A stretch of 64,000 bases of DNA, from assembly GCA_951406725.2 (NCBI GenBank), contig OX597815.1, forward strand, positions 123,814,001 through 123,878,000, written 5' to 3'. This stretch comes from Octopus vulgaris (taxonomy: Eukaryota). Below the pieces are notes generated by a model that was not told where the DNA came from, made no database searches, and saw only the letters and a list, made by a program, of their open reading frames with translations. Of this stretch, positions 12,547 through 26,105 are shown piece by piece. A program made the translations under genes and the position numbers. Each line of letters starts with the position of its first letter. Position 1 is the stretch's first letter.

Positions 12547-12730
12547 TTTACGAGTGAAAATAATGGCTTAAATATTAAAAAAGGATTTGCGGTTCATATA
12601 ATTCTTATTATTGAATAATATGAATATTAATGATGTAACATAAGCAAGCTTCACCACAACAGGGTTGGAACACTTTTGATAATGTGTTTGCTCGTGAATT
12701 GACCTGGGGATTAAACAACAACAACAACAA

Positions 12731-12766
<36 letters not shown>

Positions 12767-13869
12767 GAGCAATATCAACAATCACATTAGTTATCACTTA
12801 TCACATGAAGGAGATAACATCAGACTTCCCTTGAATACAAAAAGAAAAGAAGGTGTTTATCGTTCATATTGTCACTAAACATTGAAGTTAATGGTGTTTA
12901 TGAACCTTTGACAGTAATTTAGTTTATATTTTCCTTTATGCTGTCTATCCCACTGAAATAGGCACCAAAATATTGCGTAAATATTTACGCCAAACTTAGG
13001 GTCTATATTTTTTCCATTTCAATTTTATACTGTGCTGAAATCTCTCCCCAAATCCTCCTATGTTGTCATGTTACTTGTAAAAGTAGCATCTATCAACAAC
13101 TGAACAAACTACACCATCTTCAGGTTCCTATAGAAATGTCAATGAGAAAAAAAAAAGGTCAAACCAACACTGTGTATGTATAAAGCTATTGTGATTAGTA
13201 AGAATCTCAATAGCTATAGTATGCAGGAACTTTAAGAAAACAATTTTACAACTGAAAATTTCGACAGCTGTCCAATCACAATATTAGGAAAAAACCAGTT
13301 ACAGTGACAATCAAGCGGGTATAATAAATTTGGCCCAAAACACGGTTTCTACAGAGAAAACATTATTCTAGCATCAATATTAAGAAGCACTAATAAGAAA
13401 AAATATATTTATAAATGTATTTAATTAACCTGACCACTGTTTAAACAAAACCAGCGTCTGATCACTAAGGTAACATAACGTCACAAAGAAAGGAAAGTAA
13501 TAGTCAAAACTTTTGAATGGACAAAACATTCACATGGCTTCGTTATTTTAAGATGAAGAAAAACTTGATGAAATAGAACCATGAAAATGTAAAAAGTATT
13601 TTTACTAATATACTATTAACAAAACAAAGAAGTATGAAACATTTCATTACAACAATCAACTGAATAAAACTATTGTTTTTTACCCTTAATATTTAGGTAA
13701 CCTGAATATCATATAGATCTTCTACGGTTAGAAAAGGAAACTTTGGCTTGGGAAAATAAAGTAATTATTTTAACAGCTAAGTAGTGTTTTATTTTATTGT
13801 GTATTATAATTTAGGATGCTTTACAGGGAATAAATTAGATTTTAGTTTATATCTCACAAATAGTTGTAT

Positions 13870-14175
13870 GGGGGGATGCACTGCATCTACCATTTGTTGG
13901 TGATTCTCTACACCTGGTCGATGACACCGTTGCAACATTCAGGCGACAACCCTGCAACCCATGGACCTGTTTGGGTAGTCGTTGCTGGTGAGGGTTTTAC
14001 GAGGTCGGAGTGCAACTCTTTAACTTCTTTTAGCTGGCTTTTACGATACACAGAGTAAACACAGCACTAGAGGATCATGAAATGAAGTGTTTTGTACAAG
14101 AACTCAAGACGCTGCCCGTTCCGGAATATGGCGATCGTGAGTGCAACATCCCCTAACAAATAGGTCACGCGCGTT
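13870..14175 (-). mobile_element. Degenerate SINE family C copy
   Basis: Reverse-complemented tRNA-like head at about 14060-14175 (GCGCGTGACCTATTTGTTAGGG...CACTTCATTTCA). The left boundary is approximate. Confidence 0.5.
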
Positions 14176-15228
14176 CTGCCCTATGCTCAGCTTTAATTTT
14201 GAAGTAACTAACATAGCGGGAGGAATTTAGTTGTAAGCTTAGAAAAAAGGCATTACATGTTACCATTGATTTCTCATCACTAGTTTAAGTTATCTTTCTT
14301 AAGTGTTTCTATTTTTAATGTTCCCCTTCTTTCTAGCAAAAGAGACGAATGCAATAAATATATATTTCCAATGAGGTCAGCAAATATTTCTCGTTTATAT
14401 TATTTATATAGGGGTGTGCGTATGCAAAATTAGTAAGCGGGGTAAAATGAGTAATTTCTGATTTCTCGTTATTTTCTCGGTGCATGTTTGAAATTATTGC
14501 ATTGTAAGTATTGCATCATCATTTTGTAAGGCAACATTATAGTTAGGAGTAAAGATTGGTCGACATAGTTGTTGTTAAAGTTGAGAGAGTCCGAAACATA
14601 GTCAGTTGGCAAGGACTTCTTTTTCAAGAAAATTTTCCTCAACTTCGACCCGATTTGAATTGAGGCTGCTAAAGAAATAGCGATAACTTTTGGTGTTTAA
14701 CAATCAATATTCTTTCCTCTTTGGATTCCAAGTCAATTTATTCCCACACTAATGTCTAACTTCGTAATTTTCAAGGTTAAAAAAATGGTGTCTAAAATGG
14801 GGTAACAAGAATAATGACTGATTTCGATAATTTCTTCTCTTTAACTCATGGTGTTTAAATATATAAGATAGTGAAGAAGCTTGAGAATATTTTATGATGA
14901 TTTTTTAATATTTAGTCGAGTGTCGATGATTTCATATCATGTGCCATTTTTCCCTGATACTCTTTCATTTAACCTAGATATTGAAAATTTTTAAGCATTT
15001 CTAACATTTCCGACGGTATGTATGAGTTTGTTTTCAAAGGTAATTTTGGCGAATTGAAGCGGCAAACTTACCTTATCTCGGCTAACTCATTTTGCCCCAG
15101 ATAAATTTGTCTTTTATATGCTCAAAGAGAACAACGATAATTTTCTGTAAGAGCGTCCAGATTATGTTATAATGTTTTTAATGCATTTAGGGAAGACCAT
15201 TTGCTACGCTGATCTAGTTTTTGTAAGG

Positions 15229-15634
15229 TACTCTCTTTTACTCTCTTTTACTTGTTTCAGTCATTTGACTGTGGTCATGCTGGAGCACCGCCTTTAGTCG
15301 AGCAAAATCAACCCTAGGACTTAATCTTTGTAATCCTAGTACTTATTCAATTGGTCTCTTTTGCCGAACCGCTAAGTTACGGGAACATAAATACACCAGC
15401 ATCGGTTGTCAAGCGATGTTGGGGGACAAACACAGACACACAAACATATACACACGCATACATATATATACGACGGGCTTCTTTCAGTTTCCGTCTACCA
15501 AATCCACTCACAAGGCTTTGGCCGACCCGAGGCTATAGTAGAAGACACTTGCCCAAGATGCCATGCAGTGGGACTGAACCCAGAACCATGTGGTTGGTAA
15601 GCAAGCTACTTACCACTCAACCCACAATTACGCC
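15229..15634 (-). mobile_element. SINE family A, full length
   Basis: Highly similar to 3803-4315 and 28996-29394; followed at about 15655-15765 by a family B head fragment. Confidence 0.85.
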
Positions 15635-16200
15635 TATAAAATTAATTAAATAACCTGTACGTCAAAGTAGACCTCGGCGAAATTTGAACTCAAGACGTAA
15701 AGACAGACGAAATACTGCCAAGCATTTCGCCCAGCGCGCTAACGTTTCTGTCAGCTCGCCGCCTAGTAGACATTTCTGTCAGCTGCCGGTAGTAGACATT
15801 TGTAAAAAATACATTTTGTCTCAAAGTCAAAAAATGCAGTAAAAACTCCTTATTGTACCTCATCCCTATATCTTTTCTCTCAGTCTTTTTAAATAATAAT
15901 CCTGATGAACTTGTACAGTAGATTATATTTTTATTAAATGTCACAACTTATTATACAGCACCAATATACTATTTCTTTATGATATCAATGATAACTCATT
16001 TATCTAACTTTTAATTTCATTATTGCTAATATTTAGACTAATTTCTTCTATACAAAGTAGATGTGTTAGTATGTTGTGATACCATGTATTTTCTGTATTG
16101 CAACTGACTATGGCAATCAATTACCGAGGTTAACATCTTTCCTTTTTTCATCTCTACTTACTGAACAAAATTAATTATAAGTATCAAGAATTACAATTCA

Positions 16201-16929
16201 AGGAACTTTTCTGTTTGGCTGCCAATTTTCAATCTTTTCAATTCCTGCTCGAATTGATTTCATATTCGGTGTAATGATATGGTTCTATATGCTAATCACT
16301 GCTTTGAAATTCATTTTTGCAATAAATCAATAAATAATGAGTTATTGGCTTTTAAAGTTTGAAAATTTTGGGTAATTTTAGCCAATCGTAAGTCACAGAC
16401 ACATTCATGCCTGCTTCCATAATAACAAGCCAAGCATGACAACTCTTTTGTCTGCGAGAAAGCACGTGTTGACAAATATTTCCACTCAAGAAGGTGGTCG
16501 TCAGATGTGCCAAAAATAACAGCTAAATAGGCCTTAAACCATGAACCAAAAGAACTTTTTGTTTTCTTTTTGGATAATCGCATGAATTCCCGTGTGCAGA
16601 ATACAATTTCGAAAAGCTTTTCTGAAAATTCCCAAAACTAAAAAAGAAGTTATGAGGTGTTATATGGAATGCGTAAAGCAGAATTTCATTTGTTAACAGG
16701 TGACAACTCGTACTGTCAAGCACAAAATGACAGCTTCCAAATCCTGTTTTCTGATTGGGTGAAAATGATCAAACTTTAAACTTCTATAACTTAAAAAAAA
16801 AAAAATTCTGGAAAAGGTGAAATATCTCATGAGATTCAGCTTGGAAAACTACATTAATGTACCAAATTTTAAAATTTTCAATATTTTCAATAAATTTACG
16901 AAAATTGGCAGCCAAACTGAAAAGATCCC
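16201..16929. mobile_element. Non-autonomous DNA transposon (MITE-like) with ~29-bp TIRs
   Basis: Left AGGAACTTTTCTGTTTGGCTGCCAATTTT versus the reverse complement of the right end GGGATCTTTTCAGTTTGGCTGCCAATTTT. No transposase ORF; TSD not evident. Confidence 0.7.
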
Positions 16930-17078
16930 ACTTCGATCTACTCCATCATTATTAAAAAAACCAACAAAATATCCCCAAAACTATGAATTACTTGAAAAAA
17001 TAAAATCAATGCTTCTCTACCATCGAAACAGGTCGTAAGAAACAAACGAAAACATTAGTCACAAGCTTTAATTATTCT

Positions 17079-17468
17079 GTTACTTGTTTCAGTCATCTGG
17101 CTGTGGCCATGCTGGAGTACCACATTTAGTCGAACAAATGGACCCCAGGACTTATTATTTGTAAGCCTAGTACTTATTCTGTTGGTTTCTTACCGAACCG
17201 CTAAGTTACGAGAACGTAAACACACTAATATCGGTTGTCAAGCAATGGTGGGGGTGACAAGCACAGACACACAAATACACACGTACATATACATATATAT
17301 ATATATACGACTGGCTTCTTTCAGTTTCCGTCTTCCAAATCTACTCACAAGGCTTTGATCGGCCCTAGGCTATAGTAGAAGGCACTTGCCCAAGAGCCAC
17401 GCAGTGGACTGGACCAGGAACCATGTGGTTGTGAAGCAAGCTTCTTACCACACAGCCATTCCTGCGCC
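17079..17468 (-). mobile_element. SINE family A, full length
   Basis: Same head and tail as the other family A copies. Confidence 0.85.
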
Positions 17469-19719
17469 TAATTGATAAAATCAATTTGCATTTAGCGTCG
17501 TTTGAATTAACTTTTTAACAGACCGACAAAATTTAACATAACTACCTAAAGTTCGAAGAATTTCTTGATTCAATGACGCAAGCCTATTATCTATTACAAG
17601 GAAAGCAGAATCTTTCTGAGAGGGGTAAAAATCATGAAATAAGCTTCAGACTGAAATAAGAACGTGGGGTCGAATGAACGACTAGATTCTTGAAGGTGTT
17701 GTTCTTGTAAGAATGCTGAAACCAGTATAAAAACATACTTTTGTTTCATTTTATTGATTCAAATTCTTCGCCGAGTTTCTCACAAATAGTTACTATCTTA
17801 AATGTTGTATTTCTAAACTTATACATTATTTATAGCATAAATAGACTGATAAAATAGTCGAGATCCGACAGCATTAAATTTCTAAATGTCTAGCTTTATT
17901 TAATTTTATATATTTATATTTTTACTCTAATGCTGCAAACAATGTGATTGCACAATAGATAAAACTCTGCATTTTCGTAAACACCCAGACTCGTTATATA
18001 TAAGTTTATCTTTTTTATTCACTTCGTGGTACCAATATAATTTGAATCCAAGCTAACTGGTAACATCATTGATAATATCTAGACTTAAACTTCTATACGA
18101 AGGTGATGTAATCGTCTATGGCAGTATTAACGTAAACCGTTTGAAATTTTATAGTGATTTACTGGTTGATAAAGTTTCTCAGGAGGAATTGAGAACCCAG
18201 ATTTATTGCCCAATAAATTCATCTAATGTATAGTAACAGTATTGTTAATAACAGTGACGAGTTAGTCCTACTGCATAGTACCTATACACACTGAGTACGG
18301 AAAAAGGGATATTTTTGCAAATTTGAACTTTTTTGTGCCAAACAATATAAATTCGGCTGTGTAGCTGTCTAAAGCTTAGTAATCTAAAATATTTAGACAC
18401 CACATAAAATTTGCGAAAAAGGGCACTCTTTTCTTTTAAAGAATAACAGCAATCACTGTAAAGGAAAAGTTGTAAGATTCAAGGCTAATTGATACCTAGT
18501 TCTAAGTGTCATATATACGATTTATGTCTTTGGTAATTTTGAGCTTCTATGGAGGATGGCTCTGACATAAATTATTGGTTGCAGTAGTAATTCTCTTCAA
18601 AAAGGAAAGAATCATATATCCTCTCGAATTTCGCTTTTAGTAGATTCAAACCTCGTTAAAAATCTGATATAATCAAATGAAAAAATAACATTTAAAAATT
18701 CCAATGAATTTACTTTGTTTCTCAGATTTGTGCTAAAATTTATTTCGACTGTTTTAATTGCATATCATTGTAAATTACCAAGGAACAACTAGCAACCATC
18801 AATACTGAACATCGAAACATCATGAAAATTACCTGTGATTGTTTTGGATTAAGAACATTAACAGTAAAAAAGTTATAAGATTTTGAAAATCGAGGAAAAT
18901 AATCGATATTATTCAATTGTTATCTAAAAATTAGCGTCCGATTGCTATAGAAACAGAACACCATAAAGAAATATAGACAATCAAATAAAAAACATCAGGA
19001 ATAAAAAAACGTTATGAGATTGTGTGGTGTTGTTTAGCTACGAGTCAATCTGAATAGACATTCAATCAATTGTAGTCATTTCGTTTTTTTTTTATGAATG
19101 CATTATCCAATGTGTTATTACTTTCTTAAAACAGTTGGAGGAGATTTAACCTATTAGGAGATTTAACCTAGCAGGTTGAAAGAGGATCCCGTTGGTTCAT
19201 TGTATGTTATTTCTCTGACGTATCCATAATCTAAGATGGAAGTTAGAATTTTATGATGTTGAAAAGTAAGAGTCAGTTAAATCGATGCCTTGTAGATAAC
19301 ATTACGATAGAGTAATTTCAGTTTTATGGCTATTTTATTTTATACCACTGGATCAATAATATCGCACCAGTTAATTGCTTTATGTGCCCAAACATACCCA
19401 CACAAAAGTAACACCCATCCCGCAGCATCTGAAATGATGTTTTGACAAATTATTATAAGCTCAATGATAACCTCAAATTGCGATAGAAAAAATATCAAAC
19501 AAGAAAAAAAAAAGAAGCAAGTTTTGAATTTTGCAATAAAATTATTTTTTCTATTCTAAATTTATAGTGTATTAAAGTGAAAGTTTGTCGAGTTTTTGGA
19601 ATATCACCGTGATTGTATCAAATAACAACTGACGACAATTGATAAATATCTGTACAAATTTTGAAAAATGTGTTAGTTATAGAAGCTGGAAGAGTTTTGG
19701 GGAGAAAGTTTGTAAATCA

Positions 19720-19995
19720 CAGAACAGATACTTGCGAAACATCTTTGCAACCGAGAGAGGCTTGAAGATACACCAGGGAAAGATGTGTAAGAAGAGGACA
19801 GAGCAGTGTGGATCATCTGATCATAAAACACGTAGAAAATCATCCCCGGACTCAAACTACAGCAGATCGATAAATGCTACAGCAAAGACCTCTTCCTAAC
19901 AGGAAACTGTAGGTTATGAAACTGGTGCATCAGATAGTACTTGGAGGAAACCGAGGCTTCTGTGGCCTGCTGCTAATGAGAAAGGCAAATATAAA
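19720..19995 (+). mobile_element. N-terminal remnant of a HERO/NeSL-like RLE non-LTR retrotransposon
   Basis: NIFATERGLKIHQGKMC (zinc-finger-like) followed by WRKPRLLWPAANEK, motifs I recall from HERO-type ORF N-termini. Confidence 0.55.
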
Positions 19996-20485
19996 TATAT
20001 AATCTCGCTTTCTTTTATTTTTAACATTCCTTTCTCTCATTACATCCCATATTTGATCATTATTATTTCTTCTTATATATCTTCCCTACACTAGAATAAT
20101 TTCGTTTCCTCTTTACCCTCTCTAATTTATTACCTTATCGCTTCTATATTTCTCTTCTTACTACATCTCCTAAATTGTTCTCTTATCTCTATTCTTAACA
20201 ATAGACTTCGTAAGTATAATGCAACTTTAATCGTCCTATTTGCATTTCAGGCACCACTTTCCCTCATTTCTTCTTTATTATACTTCCATGTTACCTGAAT
20301 ACGGATCTTGAGTAAACAAGAGTCCTTAATACACATCCCCTTCATTCTTTTAAATTCCTCCTTTCCACCTCACCCCCCATATTTTCATAAATGACTACAT
20401 TAGCTTTCTAGTATAAGCTTTACAAACGTAATTTTAGAACCAACTTCTCTGGTCTTTTTTTTTTAAGTTCCTATTATTTTTTCTC

Positions 20486-20558
20486 TGCACTGATGAGTAA
20501 TTTCTTATTTGCAAATTCTAAAATGAATTTATATCTATGCACGAAACGATTGTATGTA
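20486..20558 (+). ncRNA. Degenerate hammerhead-like motif (Penelope-like pLTR remnant)
   Basis: TGCA-CTGATGA-G...(long AT-rich, poorly paired)...C-GAAAC-GATT-GTA-TGTA. It follows a pyrimidine-rich stretch and lies about 100 nt before (TA)n. Confidence 0.45.
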
Positions 20559-20733
20559 TGAATGAACTTCTTACAACTTTTTAACATCTTATCTCCTTCA
20601 TTTTTGACAAATATGATTGGATTTGTAGAACTTCATTCCATAGATTAATCATACACTTATTACATATATATATATATATACACACACATACATATATATA
20701 CATATATATGCACACACACACACACACATACAT

Positions 20734-20786
<53 letters not shown>

Positions 20787-20892
20787 TTGACCCTCTTCGG
20801 TCATGAATGACCATAGGATTGCACCTAGGAAGTTACACTCCGAGGTACAAGTCTAGGCAAGGTTGTTTATGGAAGACCAGCAGTCGCCCTTT

Positions 20893-20935
<43 letters not shown>

Positions 20936-20980
20936 TATTTATTTATATGTGTGTATACGCACATATATATATGTATATAA

Positions 20981-21188
20981 AGTTAATCCAAACATGAAAG
21001 CACCAAAAAACACAACAACGCGAAGACGTGGAACAAATATAGTATTATTGGACGCTCAGGAAAGAAGGAAAGAAGGAGGGTTTAACGTTTCGAGCGGAGC
21101 TCTTCGTCGGAAACATAGGAGAAGGAAAGATCCAGAGAAGGGAAGACAGAGGGAAAAAAAATCGCCAATGGTACACACGCGGTCACAT
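20981..21188 (-). mobile_element. ~210-bp Penelope-like pLTR / retrozyme-like element with mutated minimal hammerhead (21080-21114)
   Basis: Homologous to 34334-34539. The minus strand reads GTTT-CCGACGA-AGAG-CTCCG-CTC-GAAACGTT-AAAC (U4 to C change). Embedded in (TA)n-rich sequence. Confidence 0.65.
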
Positions 21189-21223
21189 ATATATACATAT
21201 ATATGTATATATATGTATATGTA

Positions 21224-21342
<119 letters not shown>

Positions 21343-22594
21343 CTCACGTGATCACGTGACCGATCAGACTATCATATGTTGTTACTCATCGCTGGTCACA
21401 ATGCGCTTTACATTGTTTTAGCCATCGAATAATGCCACTCCGCGCTGATAGAAACGGGGACTAGAGCAATGTCGAATGAAATATTTTGCAACCGTGAGTG
21501 CAACACCCTAACCACTAGATCATGTGCCTTCACACACGTGCACACACACACGCACACGCACGTATACATGTATATACATATATATGCATATCAACGTAGG
21601 AAAAGTCATTGCGTTTGCCATTATGAATGTACTCAATCGAGTGACATACTACAACAGTTTTATTCGAGACTGACCAACCCCACCTTATTTTAAAATAATC
21701 TTTCCCAGCGTCTTAATATCTTTCTTGCAACCCTAGATGATTCAAATCGTTTTAGAGATGGTGTCACGATAAACACACGGAAAGCACTCAGATGACTTGT
21801 ATTTTTTTATCACATTGTAGTAAAAGACATTTAACACGTAGAAAACGTATGAGAATAGGTTGTTTTTTTCCCTCCCGAAAATGTCACGCCAGAGAAACTG
21901 AAGTAATTTTATGCAATATGTCACTTCGTGCAAATCGCATATTGCCATATGACTAACCTCTTTGCTTAAACTTGAAATATTTTCAGAGGCTTTAGTACCG
22001 AGATCAGATTGGAGACGTTATTTTAATTGAACACTTAATTGGTGATTGTAAATAACATAATGCGTATGAGGTGTTCTTTATCATCTAAGACTATAAGAAA
22101 TTAAAGCTAAATATTTTGATCAAGTTTACATTGTATGTTTAGGGTCTGAGGTGAAATATATTTCTCTCGGGGAAGTTAAACTTAGCAGTGCTAGTTAATG
22201 AAACAATGTTCTGGCTGTTTACATTTGTGTGCTATTCAAACACAACATGATATCTATTTACAGCAAGGTGAATTGTATCCTGAGAAATAGGTCTATTAGC
22301 AATACACATAGCGCAGAAATAAAGATTAGATATAAATTACCGACCTTTCATTAGGCAGTACCGGAATCGAATATAACCTGGTAGCATGTATGGAGTTTTT
22401 ACTCATTGTTTTAGGTGCCAATGTTGTTGTAAGCTGACACAGCACAGATATTTGATATCCTCTTACACTGACCCAGTGGAACATGCGGGACAGCTGAAGG
22501 GAAATAGGGCCTCACTAGTATTGTATTGTATTGGCATCCTTTCTGTCTCGGGAGACAATGGAGTTGCGCATGAAGTAGTCTAGTCCGGCTTTTA

Positions 22595-22785
22595 TATTTC
22601 ATATCCTGATACATTTCCTGCTGTGGCTGTGTAGTCCTATCCTGGACAAACACTCCCTCTGGCAGGTACCGCAAATGTAGCGAAGACTGTTCCTGGCTGG
22701 TTGTAGTGCCATAGTCTCTTGTTTACGTCGCTTCCTTTCTTTCCATTTCTCCCCTCTCTCTCTGTCACTCCTTTGTATTCCCTCT
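22595..22785 (-). mobile_element. RTE-clade LINE 3' end
   Basis: EKWKERKRRKQ...YICGTCQRECLSRIGLHSHSRKCIRI* is the characteristic RTE C-terminal zinc finger (SRIGLxSH). Confidence 0.8.
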
Positions 22786-22789
22786 GCGC

Positions 22790-23085
22790 AAAACTGGAGA
22801 GGACACTTCAGTGCTGCTGTAAAAAGCTGCAGAAACAACACGGGAGGTAACAGTCACGAGTGATAAGTCCATTCAGATTGGCGTAAAATATGGACGCTAC
22901 GGGTTACCTCTGACGGTGGGAGAGACCTCCGTGTCCTATTGGTTAGCTACTGCCCACCTCAAGCTGGGCAGTCCCCAGTTAATAAGGTGCTGACCCGCCA
23001 CAAGCCGCCTGCTCCATTGGGTGCTTGGAGCTAAGAGTATGACTCGAAAAGCGGCCTGCAACCTCTGCACCAGGCAAGCAACTAA
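22790..23085 (+). mobile_element. Probable RTE-clade LINE 5' UTR / ORF start fragment
   Basis: CTCAAGCTGGGCAGTCCCCAG...TAAGGTGCTGACCCGCCAC...TGGGTGCTTGGAG...TGCACCAGGCAAG resembles RTE 5' regions as recalled; not database-verified. Confidence 0.5.
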
Positions 23086-23286
23086 AAGTCAAGGGCCTCA
23101 CTAGTACTCAGTTGGTATTTATTCCGGTTGAGTAGAAAGGAGCAACGTGAAATGAAATGTTTCGCTCTCTGGCTAGGAATCAAATCAACGACCTTACGAC
23201 CACGAGCTTAACAGCCTAACCACAAGACCACGCATCTTCAAATATTTATGAAATTTTAATATAGTGTCCCTGATAGAATATATATA

Positions 23287-23508
23287 CATTAATCCCTCGA
23301 CTATCGTGGGTGTTACGTTTCAGAAAACCCGCGATAGGTGAAAATCCGTTAAGTCGAAACAGTACTGTACTGTATATTTTTAAAAATTATTTTTATAATT
23401 TGTATATGTTTATTTTATTATAAATGCAAAACAACACCACAGAGGAATCGACATAAGCTTAAATAATAAACCGCGATAGGTGAACCACAATAAAGCGAGG
23501 GATTACTG
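23287..23508. mobile_element. Tc1/mariner (pogo/Tigger-like) MITE, 222 bp
   Basis: TA|CATTAATCCCTCG ... CGAGGGATTACTG|TA TIRs (one mismatch) with a TA TSD; internal CCGCGATAGGTGAA occurs twice. Confidence 0.8.
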
Positions 23509-24703
23509 TATCTTTATAGTTGTTATGTATTCTATCAGAGAACACCGTCGGGTACTGGCTTAAAACTTTGAAATGTTTGGATAAATTCCGAAACATCATA
23601 ATAACTTTAGGCATAATTACTCGCTTATGAAAATATCTTGTGAGTGAAATAAAAATCCCATGTATGAAGACTAGAACTTTCATAGACGAAATACTGTTTC
23701 TATACTTATTCAGCTTTATTGGTTTCCCACAACGTTACACTCTATAGATGCAGCGTGGTCAAATGGTTAGAATTTGTCCTTGCAAATACACTCGGCATCT
23801 TAGGCAAGTATTTTTCATCATAGCCTCGGGTTGACTCAAGTTTTGCGAAGGAAAGTGGATAAACGGCCGCAAGCTGAATATGTTAATAACTGAAGCTCAA
23901 AAACGTTAGGAAATGTTCTCTATGCTCATTGTTATCGTCGTTGTTGTTGCTGCTGTTGTTGTTAGTTGCTAGTCAGCCATGATTCAAAGAGGTGGAACCA
24001 GTGACGTTCAAGTTGTGACCATCCTTATTTTTCAGGTTGTGTTTATCTATAGCTATCTAATACACCCTTTCCTTTTTAGGGTAGTAGAGTGTGATTTGAG
24101 AGAGATTTGATTAATATTTCTTGGAGACGAAATGACTTAGCAAAGGCTTACATACTGGCTAGTAGTTCAATGTATACGCTGTTAATAAAATATCTATTCT
24201 TATCCTGTGAATGTTACTAATTTTGTTCATTGTTATTTAAAACTCTCTATGAACTTCAGATTACATCGAACAAATTTGCATGGTTAAGTTCTAGAAACCA
24301 TATTTATGACAATAATAGGAGGTTATTAAAAACTGTATAAAGCGTCATAACCAAGTACGAAATGAAAATGAAAATATGAAAGGAATACCAAGAAAACAAA
24401 ATTCATTTGAATTCCAAGGCTTCTTTCCAAATAATACCATTATTATGAACTGCTGTTTATTGTTGGGAATACTATTCATAAACGATAATCTATATAATCT
24501 AAATGCAGTTAAATCTTTGCAGTAATATATATTTTAATTACTTATTTTAAGCTGGTGAATTTACCACGGTGTAAATTCTTAGTGTTTAAACCCCTTTAAA
24601 AGCATGAATTGTGTTGAAGAGCTAGGCAATATATTTTTATCCCAGGTCTCCATTTTTAATAGCATTTATTTTACATATGCACGCTCACACACACACTCGC
24701 GCG

Positions 24704-24778
<75 letters not shown>

Positions 24779-25254
24779 ACAACTAACTACCCTCCGCAGG
24801 TACACATGCACAGATATACATAGACATATAAAGTATTATTACAATATTAAGCTATAGGAAGAAGGAGAAAAAAAAGCATTATGTTATAGAGAATTGACGT
24901 TGAATCATGGAAATTAACGTAGATACTTAAGAAATTGAGTTGACTAGAGGCCACATCCGTGATTAGCCGGACGCTTTTCAAGGGTCAGATATAACCTAGT
25001 GTAAAGGTCGCAAGCTGGTGCGTTTTTTTTTTTCTGGTTTCAATTGACTCAGAATAATGACAAATTGCCTCGTTTATTAAAAATGAGACTGTTCTTAGCA
25101 CCCTTTAAGCAGTTGGTGAATAACTTTAAAATAATTTCGGTGTGGGTGATAAAATATCGTCAGTTGTCATAGTTATTTCAATCGCTTGTTTAAGTACTGT
25201 TTCGCATTATTACTGCCAGAGACTTATGTACGTAGAAGATATTTATTTTAAATT

Positions 25255-26105
25255 TTGAAAATTGGCCAGCAATTTTAGGGAGAAGGGCAAATCGATTACA
25301 TCGATCTCAATACTTGATTGGTATTTTATTTTATCGACTCCGAAAGGATGAAAGACAAAGTTGGCAATGGCAAAATTTTAACTCGGAACGAAAAGAGCTG
25401 GAGTGAATGTCGCATTTTATACTTAGAAAATACTGAACATTCTGTACAGTTTCTTTTATAGAAATGATGCAAAAATTGTTTATTTGCGTCATCAAACCTT
25501 TTTTCAGTGTCACTATACATATCTTTTAAAATATTCTTATCCTGTGTTTTAATTTACTTCTATGTAAACGGCTGCAATGTTTCCGTTTATCTAATAAAAC
25601 CATACCCGATTAGACGTCAAGATGTCGATCAACATAAGTGCCGGTAATAGAGGCCTCTACAATAGGTAAAAACACAGCAGTACTGAGGAGAAGGAGTTAC
25701 ACGACACCAGCGGCCTCAATATATGACTGGTACTTTATGTCATCGACCCTGAAAGGATAAAAGGCAAAGTTGATCCTGCCAGAATTTGAACAGAACCGCA
25801 ACAAACACTGCAAGATATTTTGTTTTGACTCTCTAATGATTATGTCAGCTCACTGCCTTATAGGATGCTTGCAATAACAATGTATGATAAGGCAGCGAGA
25901 TAGCAGGATTGTTAGCACGCCAGACGAAATTCTTAGCGGCATTTCGTCCATCCGTACGTTCTGAGTTCGAATTCTGCTGAGGTCGATTCTGCCTTTCATC
26001 CATTCGGGATTAATAAAATAAATACCAGTCGAGCACTAGGGTAGATGCAATCGACTAGCTCCCTCCCTCTAAATTTCAGGCCTTGTGCCTATAGTAGGAA
26101 GGCAT
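25255..26105. mobile_element. Cluster of three SINE family B copies (25255-25410 -, 25680-25860 -, 25889-26105 +)
   Basis: The central GAAAGGATGAAAGGCAAAG-like domain is present in each. The last two copies are head-to-head. Confidence 0.7.

Noticed and set aside
14410-15100. Recurrent GGGGTAAAATGAG / CTCATTTTGCCCC motifs suggesting a DNA transposon
   Set aside because: I could not define termini or a TSD.
21344-21360. Palindromic double E-box TCACGTGATCACGTGA
   Set aside because: It lies at the end of a SINE-like repeat beside (GATA)n, with no promoter context.
25203-25214. CGCATTATTACT, complementary to the 3' end of vertebrate miR-126 (hosted by EGFL7)
   Set aside because: Only 12 AT-rich bases, no hairpin, and far outside the gene; a chance match.
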